DNA of 64,000 nucleotides from Promethearchaeota archaeon (GTDB lineage Archaea; Asgardarchaeota; Lokiarchaeia; Sigyniarchaeales; SOKP01): NCBI GenBank assembly GCA_013375475.1, contig JABXKD010000004.1, positions 10,659 to 74,658 of the forward strand, read 5' to 3'. Shown piece by piece: positions 20,042 to 30,210 of this stretch (position 1 is its first letter; each line of letters starts with the position of its first letter). The notes under the pieces were generated by a model. It saw only the letters and a program-made list of their open reading frames with translations, ran no database searches and was not told where the DNA came from. The position numbers and the translations under genes were made by a program.

Positions 20042-21337
20042 TTAGATTTCTTGGGTTTCTAATTCTATTACTTCTTGTGCTGGTGAAGGCTCTACCTCTA
20101 TTTCTGGTTCAAGCGGATGATCTAAATACCTTATTTTGGTGAAAAACCATAAGATAATAGGATTTACGATTCCCATCAAAGCGCTGGCGAGTAAGAGATT
20201 CACTACGCCCATTGTGCCCGCGAGTGGACCAACTAATAACGCACCAATTGGAGCTATAGCCATAGATATCGTGTGATCGATCGACATGACGCGACCAATT
20301 TTATCTGAGGGAACGACAGTTTGTAAGATTGTCAAGTAGGTAGAAACGGTAATAGGAAAGATAATCGCTCCAAGAAACCCACCAATCATCATTAAGTAGA
20401 AATTTTGATACGGTGCTATGACTATCAGTAAATAAAACGAGAAAAAGACCATCTCTCCAACCAGATTGATTTTAATTTTGTTTTTCCACTCTTTCTTTAT
20501 CGAAGTAATTAAAGACCCAATCACGTTTCCTACTTGGATTGAACCAAACAGAAATGCTAAGTGGAACGCTGATCCATCGTGTATAATATTTATGAAATAG
20601 GGCCAGAGCACTCCAAAGGGCCTAAAGATAAAGTTAAAAATCATCGCAAAAATAATCATACTCAAAAGACCCGGAATTGCCTTCACAATCTTGAATCCAT
20701 CCTTGAATTCCCTCATAAAAGATTTTTTCTCAAAAGCTCTGTTCTCTTTAGCATTGAAAGGAATTTTTATCAAGAACAACGGAACCACGGCTATTAGGAA
20801 AGTTACCACATCAATGAGAAAGATATATGTAATTGGAAATAACGCTAACAGTAAAGCTGATAGGATTGGGCCGACCATGAAAATTAAGCCAGAAAACAGG
20901 AAGTTTACCCCGTTAACTCTGCTTATTTTATCTTTGGGGACCATCGAGGGCAAAATTGCGTGAAAAGTAGGAACCTGAAATGCAAACAGTGTACTTCGCA
21001 TTGTGTGGATAATCAATATCATCCAAATGGGCTTGAATCCCGTTAAGAATATGAGGAATAAACCAAACGTTAAAACAGCTTGCAAGGAATCTACAGTAAA
21101 TATGATAGTCTTACGATTCAGCCGATCGGAAAGAACTCCTGCAAACGGTGTAACAATTACTTGGGGTAGAAATATCAAGAAAGTTGCTAGCGATAGATAA
21201 AGTACGCTCTGTGTTTCAATCGTAATCCACCATGTGATTACAAAACCAATAATTCCTGAACCCAATAGCGAAAATTGCTGTCCAGTCATAAAATAAAGGT
21301 ACTGCCTAAACGATTTTTTTGTTGGTAATTCTTCCAT
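20042..21337 (-). CDS. MFS transporter
   Basis: About 12 predicted TM helices. MFS loop 2-3 motif GVLSDRLNRKTIIF. Confidence 0.8.
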   Translation of the reverse strand: MEELPTKKSFRQYLYFMTGQQFSLLGSGIIGFVITWWITIETQSVLYLSLATFLIFLPQVIVTPFAGVLSDRLNRKTIIFTVDSLQAVLTFGLFLIFLTGFKPIWMILIIHTMRSTLFAFQVPTFHAILPSMVPKDKISRVNGVNFLFSGLIFMVGPILSALLLALFPITYIFLIDVVTFLIAVVPLFLIKIPFNAKENRAFEKKSFMREFKDGFKIVKAIPGLLSMIIFAMIFNFIFRPFGVLWPYFINIIHDGSAFHLAFLFGSIQVGNVIGSLITSIKKEWKNKIKINLVGEMVFFSFYLLIVIAPYQNFYLMMIGGFLGAIIFPITVSTYLTILQTVVPSDKIGRVMSIDHTISMAIAPIGALLVGPLAGTMGVVNLLLASALMGIVNPIILWFFTKIRYLDHPLEPEIEVEPSPAQEVIELETQEI

Positions 21338-21366
21338 ATTTTTAAAAAACCTTCAAATCTCTATTC

Positions 21367-21534
21367 TTACAACTTAAAACCTTTTTCTTTAATATCTGAT
21401 ACGATAGATTCAATAAATAGTTTCGAATCGTGAAGTTCACGCATAGTTCGAACTACGGGAAAAGAAACTAATTCGATGAATCCACAATTTTCATAAATAT
21501 CCTTGCAAAAAGAACTACAAAATTTTTCCTTTAT
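21367..21534 (-). CDS. Possible small Cys-containing protein with no canonical start, 30 nt upstream of the MFS gene
   Basis: Not in the track. 66-codon open frame (from 21564, after the upstream TAA) reads YQRKLLCNYIKEKFCSSFCKDIYENCGFIELVSFPVVRTMRELHDSKLFIESIVSDIKEKGFKL*. The only ATG is 25 codons from the end. In-frame ATA at 21534. Locally GC-richer than the surrounding spacer. No family recognised. Confidence 0.25.
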   Translation of the reverse strand: MKEKFCSSFCKDIYENCGFIELVSFPVVRTMRELHDSKLFIESIVSDIKEKGFKL

Positions 21535-21630
21535 ATAATTACATAATAACTTACGCTGATATTACGCAAGTTTAAATATTTTTTAATAATAATTATAAAC
21601 CAATCATCAAATGTTTGTGGGGATATTTTT

Positions 21631-22869
21631 TTGTTCTTAAAATCAAAGTCTACTGTTAAAGAAGAAGTATTAATTAGAAAACCCATCGTTACTATTCAAG
21701 ATTTTCTTAGCAAGTACGCTAAGTATCAAAATCTTAGCTTAGAGGATGGCATAACTTTCCCGAAAAAACCGCGTTCAAAAGAGCAAAAAGTAACACCTAC
21801 GGTCCAGATCGCAAAACCAGAAGAAGCGCAAATTATCTCAGAAATCTTTAAGCAGGTGTATCAGAATACGTATCCATACAAAGAAATGGAAAGTCCGGGC
21901 GAAATACAGAAGATGATCGAAGAACCTGACTATTTATGGATGCTATTTAAGATAAACGGAAACGAGGTAATAGGTTGTGTGGCACTTAAATTTGAAGCAT
22001 CGGTTAAAAGTATGTATCTTCACGGGTTTGCGATGAAAAAAGAATACCAAGGCACGACTTCTCTCCCAAAACTAGTGATGGCAGGATGGACAGTTGCTCT
22101 TAAGAAATACGAGAAGAAAGCTTTAATTTGGTTTGGCGAAGCTCGCTCTGCTCATTCTAAATCTCAATTTTTATCTGACTTATTAGGGTTAAAACCGATT
22201 GCTTTCTTTCCAAAAAAAGATATTTTTTTTAATCAAGAGGAATCTGAACTTTTGCTTATTTTATACGATGAGGATTTAATAACTAAATATAGAAGCAAAA
22301 AAACTCCTAAAATAATTCCACGAATCCTTAAGTATTATTCTTACGTCCTCCAAAGGTATCAATTAGGATTTCCAGAGGTATTCGACCATGTTAAATTAGA
22401 ATTTGACGATATAAGAACTAAAACTATAAAGCAAAATTTAATCTACCAAGAAGAAAACGATAACATGGGCAATAGTTTAATTACTTTTTCAATTAAAAAT
22501 TCCGATGCATATATCTCCTTTATTCACAGGCCCTTCATTCGAATCTTCGAGAAAACTGAATATAAGGTTTCTAACAAAGAACAATTGTTTGTATTTATAG
22601 AAGAAGTAAAGGAGCTAATATTGAAGCTGAAAATACGGTATTGGGAATTTTTTGCATCTGCATATCATCCTATACACCAAACAATCTTATATAACTCAGG
22701 TTTGAAACCTTTTGGTTATGTGCCTTGCTACAAATATGTCAAGGAGGAAGATGTTTTCGAAGATCAAATTGTTTTTATTTATTATGAGGGAAAAGTGAAC
22801 GGGAACTTGAAGTTAATTCCAGAAGTGGAGAATTTTTTAAAAACCATTAAACCTACTTGGGACTTCTGA
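21631..22869 (+). CDS. Hypothetical protein with GNAT-like N-terminal half
   Basis: ORF track (TTG start, GGGGA 7 nt upstream). VIGCVALKFEASVKSMYLHGFAMKKEYQGTTSLPKLV resembles GNAT motif A context. Weak. Confidence 0.4.
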   Translation: MFLKSKSTVKEEVLIRKPIVTIQDFLSKYAKYQNLSLEDGITFPKKPRSKEQKVTPTVQIAKPEEAQIISEIFKQVYQNTYPYKEMESPGEIQKMIEEPDYLWMLFKINGNEVIGCVALKFEASVKSMYLHGFAMKKEYQGTTSLPKLVMAGWTVALKKYEKKALIWFGEARSAHSKSQFLSDLLGLKPIAFFPKKDIFFNQEESELLLILYDEDLITKYRSKKTPKIIPRILKYYSYVLQRYQLGFPEVFDHVKLEFDDIRTKTIKQNLIYQEENDNMGNSLITFSIKNSDAYISFIHRPFIRIFEKTEYKVSNKEQLFVFIEEVKELILKLKIRYWEFFASAYHPIHQTILYNSGLKPFGYVPCYKYVKEEDVFEDQIVFIYYEGKVNGNLKLIPEVENFLKTIKPTWDF

Positions 22870-22956
22870 TTTTTAACTGATAAAAACCTCAAGTTTTAAG
22901 GATATAAACTTTTCTTAGTTCATAAGAGATATTATTAGAAATGAATTATAAGGTGT

Positions 22957-23979
22957 ATGGTACCTAAACAAATGAGCTTATCTATAGAAATAATAGAAGA
23001 TCCGAGAGAAATTTTAAAATATTTACAGCTTGGAATAAGTATCCCCGTTCGTAAAGATTTTTACGAATTTATACTTCACGATCTTACCGTGTTTCGCGCT
23101 AAATCATTAATTTTAAAAGAAGATAATAAGATTGTAGCTCATAGTTTAGTGTACGACGATGGGAGTGAAGTGCTTTTTTTTGGGTTTTTTGGCGCAATTG
23201 ACCACCAAGAAAAACACATTGATTTCTTACTGAAGGAATTAATCAAACTCGCGCAAAACCATCAATATAAAATATTACGTGGACCAATAAACCTTCCCAC
23301 ATTTATTTTTGGTTGGGGATTCATGACTGACGATAGTTTGAAAGATTTATGTATTTCAAAGCCAGTTAACCCTCCAATTTATCAAGAAATATTCACCCAA
23401 CACGGATTTTATATAAAATCTAAACAAGGAACTTGGGAGGGAGAAATATATAAAGTTCCCGAAGAAGAATTAAAGAAATACGATTTAGAAGGTTACGAAA
23501 TATATGCACCTAAAGAGTGGAGTGAAATCCCAAACCTAAAAATGCCACTTTTAATTTTAAGCGCTAGAAACTTAGCTACAGAATCACAGGTAACCCCGAG
23601 CCCAGAAAATTTATTCGAGAACTTTTTTTCGTTCGCGAAAAGATATGGAGGAATATATATGGTGAAGCTACTCAGGCAAAAACAATCCAAAGAGTTTGTA
23701 GGTTGTTTTATAACGCTCCCAGATCCGATTAGGAAAAACAAAGATGGTAAAAATAATTCCTTCGTGGGATATTCGCTTACTATCGATAAAGAGCATAGAG
23801 GAAAGGGACTTAGTGTGTATTTAGTAAAGAAAGTCTTCGACGCAGCTTATAGAGAGGGACTTCGTTATGTCTCGGTCCCAATGGAAGTTAATGTGGTTGA
23901 GTGCAGAGATTTAGCTAAGAATATTTTTGGTTTGTCTTATACTAGAACACATATTATTTTAGAGCGGAAAGTAGAGTAA
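22957..23979 (+). CDS. GNAT-family N-acetyltransferase-like protein
   Basis: C-terminal GYSLTIDKEHRGKGLSVYLVKKVFDAAYREGLRYV matches the GNAT motif A (R/Q-x-x-G-x-G/A) region. Confidence 0.55.
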   Translation: MVPKQMSLSIEIIEDPREILKYLQLGISIPVRKDFYEFILHDLTVFRAKSLILKEDNKIVAHSLVYDDGSEVLFFGFFGAIDHQEKHIDFLLKELIKLAQNHQYKILRGPINLPTFIFGWGFMTDDSLKDLCISKPVNPPIYQEIFTQHGFYIKSKQGTWEGEIYKVPEEELKKYDLEGYEIYAPKEWSEIPNLKMPLLILSARNLATESQVTPSPENLFENFFSFAKRYGGIYMVKLLRQKQSKEFVGCFITLPDPIRKNKDGKNNSFVGYSLTIDKEHRGKGLSVYLVKKVFDAAYREGLRYVSVPMEVNVVECRDLAKNIFGLSYTRTHIILERKVE

Positions 23980-24078
23980 TATCGAAATATTCGTTTTGCT
24001 AATTAATTATCATACCTTTTTAAAAATAACAAATTTATTTTAAGTTTAAAAACCTAATTTTTAATTAAGGTTGGAAAT

Positions 24079-24789
24079 ATGATTTTACAATTTACTGAGT
24101 ATTTAAGGTTATTTGTAATATTTGTCCCGCAGATATTTATGGTTGTAGTATTTTCTTTTCTAATTTTTAAGATTTTAAAGCGCAATACTAATCGAAATTC
24201 CTTAACTTTAAGCGGTTTCTACTTTACCGTTAGTTTAAGTCTTGCTATGAACGGAATTGCAGTGTTGATTGCTTTTTTTTCACCAGGTGAATATATTGCA
24301 ACCTTATATTTTATACTGAATTTCTTAGTGATATTTTCATTCGTGTTCATAATAGTTTTTATTTTAGGACTTTTAAAATTAAAGTATGTCTTTACGATTA
24401 AAAAGGCGTTGGTAATAATACTTGTCTATGGTATTGTATGGCTCATATTACTTCTATTCCCCGGTGGAATTACCCATTCGGAGAACTGGGCCCCTGTATA
24501 CAGTATTCCTACATATATTGCGGGAAACATTCTTTTTACTATAAGTTTCACCGTACCTGTGCTCTATTACTCCACAAGGTTACGCAGACTTTTTAAAGAC
24601 TTCAATTTGAAGAAAAAATTGAATTTATTCCTTATCGGAAATATGTTAATAACCATTATAATATACGGCGCTTTGTTGTATAACACGTGGCAAGACGCTA
24701 CGTTTAAAACGGCTTGGAGTTTTATAACTCTCGTTCTGCTTATTTCTTCAGGTTTGTTAATCTACTATGGAATAGGTAGGGATTTATAG
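24079..24789 (+). CDS. Polytopic membrane protein (about 7 TM), unknown function
   Basis: ORF track. Alternating long hydrophobic segments. No motif recognised. Confidence 0.55.
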   Translation: MILQFTEYLRLFVIFVPQIFMVVVFSFLIFKILKRNTNRNSLTLSGFYFTVSLSLAMNGIAVLIAFFSPGEYIATLYFILNFLVIFSFVFIIVFILGLLKLKYVFTIKKALVIILVYGIVWLILLLFPGGITHSENWAPVYSIPTYIAGNILFTISFTVPVLYYSTRLRRLFKDFNLKKKLNLFLIGNMLITIIIYGALLYNTWQDATFKTAWSFITLVLLISSGLLIYYGIGRDL

Positions 24790-24867
24790 TTCTTAATTTT
24801 GTGTCTTAATTTGTAGGTTTCACCGACTAAAAAGCTTAAATATGATTAATTTTATATTATAGCTGTA

Positions 24868-25260
24868 TTGTCTAATAATTCACCTAAGGAATTCGGTATT
24901 TACGAAGCGATTGAGAGCGCTCCTGCTTATATTTTAGAAATATTGAGCGTTATAGAAGAAACACTTAGAGAATTTAATGTTACAGTTAAATATCAATGTA
25001 ATTCGACTACAATCACGATCCAAGATAAGAAAAATAGAGTTCATGGAGAAACATTTCGAATCATATCCTTGGATATTTTTACTAAACCAAATTCCTACGC
25101 AATGAATTTGTATCAGCAAACTAATTTAGAAAAAGATGCAAAATTAATTTACGAAATTAAAGTTAAAGGCAATTACGAGCTCAAGACCTTGAAAACCAAT
25201 TTGGAGAAACTTATTAAAAGTGAAAACCTTACTCATCGCTCCAGATTTTACCCATTTTAG
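24868..25260 (+). CDS. Hypothetical protein
   Basis: ORF track only (TTG start). No recognisable motif. Confidence 0.4.
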   Translation: MSNNSPKEFGIYEAIESAPAYILEILSVIEETLREFNVTVKYQCNSTTITIQDKKNRVHGETFRIISLDIFTKPNSYAMNLYQQTNLEKDAKLIYEIKVKGNYELKTLKTNLEKLIKSENLTHRSRFYPF

Positions 25261-25421
25261 CGATTTAGATTTGTTTTTTGAGTTTAAATTAAGAAATCAC
25301 AACTCAGTTATATCGATAGTTCTATAACTTTTTCATAATACTAAATCCCAACCCTCTGTGTTTTTAAGTGCTATCATATAATTTTCTTAATTAAATCCAT
25401 TTGCATTTTTACTAGGGTGAA

Positions 25422-26333
25422 ATGTATTTGAAGGCAGAACTTGTTGATGCTCAAACAGCATCCTCGATAATCGCCGCAAAAGACGATTATGTTTCTAATT
25501 TTAGTGAGTTTGATCTACAATCTCGCATGAGTACCTTGGAAAAAGTAACAATAGATGAATTAGTAGAATTTCTTTCCCGACAAACCGTAGAATGGACAAA
25601 TTCTGAGGAAATAATTGTTAATAGCATTTTCGACGAATTGGAAAGTAGCTACGCACCATACAAAGATTATCTTCTGGGCTGTGTTAAACTTATAAAAACC
25701 ACAGGTCGAGAAGAATGTGATGCCGCTTACACGAGAAGTAAGTGTATATATGTACCAGTTTCAATGGTTCAATGGCCATACGAGGAGCTTAAAGAACTCA
25801 TCGCGCACGAACTTTTTCATGTCATAAGCACTCATAATCCTAAATTCAGAAATAACTTGTATGTTAAACTAGGATTTAATCCCTGTCCAGAATTAGATAT
25901 TCCCAACGATTATAAGCATTTGTATGTATCAAATCCCGATACAATTGGAAAGAATTGTTATGTCTCTTTTCAGAATAATGGTGCTCAGATAAAGGCAGTT
26001 CCTTTTCTCTATTCTGAAGTTCCATATAGTGGAGGTTACTTCTTTGAATATTTCCAGTTTACTTTTCTTGAGACTGAAATGAAAGACAATGAATGCAAGC
26101 CATTATATGAACACAATCGACCAAAATTCATTGCCACTCCCCAGAAATTGTTTGATTTATGCGAAGAAATTGACCCCTACAGTAACCAACACAGATTACA
26201 TCCCGAAGAGATACTGGCTTATTACTGGAGCTTATTACCTTTTTCTGAATCAAAATTACAATTTTATAAAAGAAGTTATCTCGAAAAGATACGCAATCTC
26301 GTGGAACAGGAAGGAAATAGTGTGTTTAGTTAA
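25422..26333 (+). CDS. Hypothetical protein with HExxH zinc-metallopeptidase-like motif
   Basis: LIAHELFHVISTHNP contains HExxH. No other family signature recognised. Confidence 0.45.
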   Translation: MYLKAELVDAQTASSIIAAKDDYVSNFSEFDLQSRMSTLEKVTIDELVEFLSRQTVEWTNSEEIIVNSIFDELESSYAPYKDYLLGCVKLIKTTGREECDAAYTRSKCIYVPVSMVQWPYEELKELIAHELFHVISTHNPKFRNNLYVKLGFNPCPELDIPNDYKHLYVSNPDTIGKNCYVSFQNNGAQIKAVPFLYSEVPYSGGYFFEYFQFTFLETEMKDNECKPLYEHNRPKFIATPQKLFDLCEEIDPYSNQHRLHPEEILAYYWSLLPFSESKLQFYKRSYLEKIRNLVEQEGNSVFS

Positions 26334-26448
26334 AAGCCTAACTAATAAATTCTTTTTTTTATTATTCAAGGGGTTGTTTAAAATAAAAACTATTCAATAA
26401 TATAAGTTTACAAACCTTTTATGGATCAATTAATTGCTAAATTTTAAG

Positions 26449-27012
26449 ATGATTGATATTTCTAATAATAATTCGACCAAACAAGAAGTTCAAGGTAACC
26501 TATTAAGTCCTCTACCTGTAGTCTTAGTAGGAGCTCAAGTTAATAATAAACCTAATTACCTAGTTATTGGATATATGTGTCCTTTTAATTTTGGGAAGCA
26601 TATTTTCTTTAGCCTTTATAACGTACGCTACACGCGAAAAGGCATTCACGATAACATGACATTTAGCGTCAATATCCCATCTGAAAATTTAATAGAACAA
26701 ACGCAATTGTGCGGAACGAAATCGGGGCGAGATATCGATAAGAGCGCTATCTTTGACACTTTTTATGGAGAGCTTAAAACTGCTCCTATGATTTCTCAAT
26801 GCCCCATTAATATAGAGTGCGAAGTAACTGAAATTCTTGATTATACCCCCAACGAAGGAATAATCGGCCGGGTTGTAAAATCGTATGCAGACACGCAATA
26901 CCTCACTGAGGGTAAACTTGATTGGAGGAAAGTTCATCCGATTCTATGGGCCACTGGGGGCGATTATAACTATTATAAGCTTGGAGACCGGATAATCCAA
27001 GATAATGGTTAA
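26449..27012 (+). CDS. Flavin reductase-like (FMN-binding split-barrel) domain protein
   Basis: LSPLPVVLVGAQVNNKPNYLVIGYM and the overall size resemble flavin-reductase-like domains. ATG 26449 preferred over the track TTG 26434. Confidence 0.5.
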   Translation: MIDISNNNSTKQEVQGNLLSPLPVVLVGAQVNNKPNYLVIGYMCPFNFGKHIFFSLYNVRYTRKGIHDNMTFSVNIPSENLIEQTQLCGTKSGRDIDKSAIFDTFYGELKTAPMISQCPINIECEVTEILDYTPNEGIIGRVVKSYADTQYLTEGKLDWRKVHPILWATGGDYNYYKLGDRIIQDNG

Positions 27013-27049
27013 AATTGAACTTATAAAAAGTAAAAAATTAAGATCATAG

Positions 27050-27154
27050 CTAAAAAAATAGACTTCCAATACTAACTATTACATACCCTAACGCAAATAG
27101 AGCTGTAAGGCCCACTATTGTTAGGAAAATTGTATATAGTTTCATGAAATCCAT
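27050..27154 (-). CDS. Possible 34-aa single-TM micro-protein
   Basis: Not in the track (too short). MDFMKLYTIFLTIVGLTALFALGYVIVSIGSLFF*, with GGGGGA about 8 nt upstream of the ATG. Confidence 0.3.
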   Translation of the reverse strand: MDFMKLYTIFLTIVGLTALFALGYVIVSIGSLFF

Positions 27155-27415
27155 TTTTATTTCCCCCATTAACCGGTGTTCAATCCTCTATACCGAAATA
27201 GATTATATAAAAGTTATGTATATAACATAAATGACTTTTATTTGTGAGGAAATCTTAATTTCACCATCTTCAGTATTCATTTTTATTAACATATTTTTTA
27301 CAGATATGTAAAAAACATTAAATTAGTAACCGTACTACTTCGTAATTGGTATAAAATTTTGTAATTTAATTAAAAAATTTATGTAAAACCAATAAATTTG
27401 AACGGAGAGATGAAA

Positions 27416-27727
27416 ATGCCAAAATATATTGTGATTCATCCAATTACAAAGCGAGCTTTAGAGGGGATGCTAAGCCTTCCTCCTGAGAAAAATGTATTAC
27501 TCAAAAAATTAAAAGCAGATTGTACGGAAGATGCTGATTGGCTGAGAAGCTGGGCAATACCTGAACTGGAAAAGTTATATTGTGAATGGGACGCAAAAGA
27601 TCCCGAATCGATACGTAATGTATTTGAGAAGGGTGGAGGAACTACTGTAATAGAAGCAATTTATGAGATGCAAGTAATAGAAGGAGAAGATTTTAAGGGG
27701 CAGGTTCTTGAAGCAATTCAATCCTAA
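27416..27727 (+). CDS. DUF4242 (SCO4226-like nickel-binding) family protein
   Basis: MPKYIVIHP ... SWAIPELEKLYCEWDAKDPESIRNVFE matches the MPKFM.VH ... W.dPe.gk.fC...ap..eav pattern I recall for this family. GGAGAG lies 6 nt upstream of ATG 27416. Confidence 0.5.
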   Translation: MPKYIVIHPITKRALEGMLSLPPEKNVLLKKLKADCTEDADWLRSWAIPELEKLYCEWDAKDPESIRNVFEKGGGTTVIEAIYEMQVIEGEDFKGQVLEAIQS

Positions 27728-27860
27728 TACTTTTAACTATTAATTTTTTTTTTCTATTTTAAATAGTGAAATTTGAAAGTATAAAAGTTATGAATTTAGA
27801 AGGAACAATTATAACTTTAACATACAAATTATTTATTATTTCCTAAATTTACAGTAATTA

Positions 27861-28337
27861 ATGACCGACGCTAAATTACCGTTTAATCCGACTTTAATTA
27901 ATCCTATTGAAGAATTAACAGAAGTGAAGTTAAGTGAAATTCATGGGTTGGGATTGTTTGCTAAAAAATTTATTCCCAAGGGAACGGTTTGGTGGTACGC
28001 ACGTGAGGAAGATGTGTTAATAATCACTAAAAACCAATTCCTAACGCTTGATTCCTCTGTTAAATCCCCGTTAATGGAAAAATATATTACCCTTTTACTC
28101 ACATATTCGTATTACGAACGTGATTTTGACGCATTAGTTTTCTGTTTAGACAATTGTAGATATGTCAACCATTCTTCTAATCCAAATTCGGGAGCACCCG
28201 AAGATGAGTCTCCATTTCGCTCAGTGGCTCTCCGAGATATTCAAGCTGGAGAAGAATTAACCGAAGATTACTCAAAATACACGATTTGTAACTGGTTGAA
28301 AAAGTACGATAATTTATTCAACCCAACCTGTTGGTAA
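27861..28337 (+). CDS. SET-domain protein (putative lysine methyltransferase)
   Basis: GLGLFAKKFIPKGTVWW, NHSSNPNS (consensus NHSCxPN) and ELTEDYS (consensus ELxxDY), with a C-terminal Cys (TCW). Confidence 0.8.
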   Translation: MTDAKLPFNPTLINPIEELTEVKLSEIHGLGLFAKKFIPKGTVWWYAREEDVLIITKNQFLTLDSSVKSPLMEKYITLLLTYSYYERDFDALVFCLDNCRYVNHSSNPNSGAPEDESPFRSVALRDIQAGEELTEDYSKYTICNWLKKYDNLFNPTCW

Positions 28338-28392
28338 GATAAAAACATTTTTTCCATTTTTTGATACATATCATTAAAATAGGATTAAATGC

Positions 28393-28956
28393 CTAGTTTC
28401 CTACTAAAATCTTCTCCCATAGATTTTTCCTGCTTTTAATTACTATCGTAAACATAAATAATCCCATAATCAGATTGGTCAGAATGTTGGCAACTAAAAA
28501 TCCCAGTTTTATATCACCATCAACAGTAAAAACAAGAACTAATACTCCAATAATACTATAAGGATCTACGAATGGCCACAGAACTAAACTATATGGATGC
28601 ATTGGAAGATCTAATAAGAGGTGGAAAACATTTCCGAGCATACAGGAAAATGCAAGAAATGGGGTAAATTTACACGCTTCTTTTACTTTGTTCTTATCGA
28701 CCCGAAAAATTAGCGAAGCGATAATAGGATACAGAAGAACAGTAGCTAAAATTGAGCTTAGAGTTCCTATAGTGAGTGCGCCAATCAAACTGTGCAATAT
28801 GAAATGATTCTCAATACCTACATCAAAAAAGAGGAATAAAATTGGCACTTCAATATCAGGCATAAATGAACCAAAGATCAAACCCGGAAGACTCAATCGT
28901 TTATCAAGTTTTGAGAGCCCCCAAGCGACAGGATAATGTAAAGGCGTAAAGGGAAT
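28393..28956 (-). CDS. DUF4184-like membrane-associated protein; conserved N-terminus lies upstream of the track start
   Basis: The track ORF starts at TTG 28896, but the frame is open to 28967 and reads KCIK-I-PFTPLHYPVAWGLSKLDKRLSLPGLIFGSFMPDIEVP. As I recall, DUF4184 proteins begin MPFT..H. ATT 28956 sits exactly where Met is expected. No ATG/GTG/TTG lies upstream of 28896. Confidence 0.45.
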   Translation of the reverse strand: MPFTPLHYPVAWGLSKLDKRLSLPGLIFGSFMPDIEVPILFLFFDVGIENHFILHSLIGALTIGTLSSILATVLLYPIIASLIFRVDKNKVKEACKFTPFLAFSCMLGNVFHLLLDLPMHPYSLVLWPFVDPYSIIGVLVLVFTVDGDIKLGFLVANILTNLIMGLFMFTIVIKSRKNLWEKILVGN

Positions 28957-29166
28957 TTTAATGCACTTTTAGCTAGGTTAGTTTTATTATCGATTTAATT
29001 TAATTATTTTACCAATGAAATTGGTGATCTAATTATATATTAAAAGCTTTTTAAAGTTCTTAGTGAATTTAAAAATAGTGTTATAATATATTCTCATTTC
29101 TAGTAAAGTTCGAAAATAACGCTCTACCAAAAAATTAAGATAAAAAAAGGAATTAAAATTAAAAGA

Positions 29167-29805
29167 TTAAGGAACGAAGTAATAATAAACATCATCCTTG
29201 ATACTTACATGAACTTTACCAATCAGGTTCAATTCATATAACATCTTTTCAGTTTCAGAGATCGTCACGTCAGAATGGGTATCTTCAATGCATCTTTTGT
29301 GTATAACTTTTGCTGTGAACGCCTTGCCTTTATTTTCTACAAGGTAAGTTGACAAAATATTCTTAATCTTATTTCGCTCCGCGATCGTATTTGCTAATTC
29401 TAGGGCTTTGTCTGCTCCAATTCTAACAGTAATTTTATTTAGTCCGATTAACCCGGTCCCAAGGCCCAGTAAAATAAATTCAATAATATACGTTGAATAT
29501 AGAGGTATCGGATATTCGGTACCCGAATAGATTACATTGCCAATTGGTATGAAACTCCCAACTATTCCAATCACGGCTCCTATAGCCGGGATATAAATTC
29601 CGTATTGCTTTCTCTTTAGAGCTAATGCACCTCCAAGCATTCCTACTGCGCCTACTCCTAACATGTACCCAAATCTAAGGAAAACAAACAGGTGTCCGCT
29701 TGTAACTACCTCCAGATCATACTGTCCCAAAGATAGGAAACCAAACAATATCACTAGAATTGCCCCGGCTATACTGGAAACCGGACCTGTCATATCACTA
29801 ACCAT
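29167..29805 (-). CDS. Membrane protein (4-5 TM) with small soluble C-terminal domain
   Basis: ORF track. The C-terminal approx 70 aa (KNILSTYLVENKGKAFTAKVIHKRC...LYELNLIGKVHV) has a winged-helix-like feel. Tentative. Confidence 0.55.
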   Translation of the reverse strand: MVSDMTGPVSSIAGAILVILFGFLSLGQYDLEVVTSGHLFVFLRFGYMLGVGAVGMLGGALALKRKQYGIYIPAIGAVIGIVGSFIPIGNVIYSGTEYPIPLYSTYIIEFILLGLGTGLIGLNKITVRIGADKALELANTIAERNKIKNILSTYLVENKGKAFTAKVIHKRCIEDTHSDVTISETEKMLYELNLIGKVHVSIKDDVYYYFVP

Positions 29806-29964
29806 TTTATCTACCTTTCATTATTTTTAGTCTTATTATTTAATTCAGAGTAACTTTTTTGGATAGAATTATTTTGTTGCTCTAATATATAAGTCTACCC
29901 TTCTTTTTAAATAAAATTAGACTTTTCAATTAAATAGGATTAAATCTTCGTTTCCTATGAAATT

Positions 29965-30210
29965 TCATAAACCATGTTCTGTTCCAACAACACCCAAAGT
30001 ATGTGAAGCATAGCTATGCATATCCCTGTTAAAATCAAAACCAGTACAGTGCACTCCACAAGTAATTTTTGGATCTATTTGTTCTATAAATCCAACTGCT
30101 CATGTAATCACTTCCAGACTTTGAATTTCTTTATGGAAAATTCCCTGTTGATTCGGACTTAAATTTCTTCCCTCAATTTTTCTTGCTGTCTTAAGACTCC
30201 TGTCTTTCAC
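29965..30210 (-). other. 82-codon open frame with a single in-frame TGA (30100-30102): candidate selenoprotein or gene remnant
   Basis: My translation from GTG 30210: VKDRSLKTARKIEGRNLSPNQQGIFHKEIQSLEVIT[TGA]AVGFIEQIDPKITCGVHCTGFDFNRDMHSYASHTLGVVGTEHGL*. GC-richer than neighbouring spacer. No family and no SECIS-like hairpin recognised. Confidence 0.2.

Noticed and set aside
20579-26937. 20579..20797, 20691..20963, 21003..21200, 23493..23741, 24934..25119, 26089..26400, 26689..26937
   Set aside because: Antisense or alternative-frame ORFs nested in the MFS, GNAT, HExxH and flavin-reductase-like genes.
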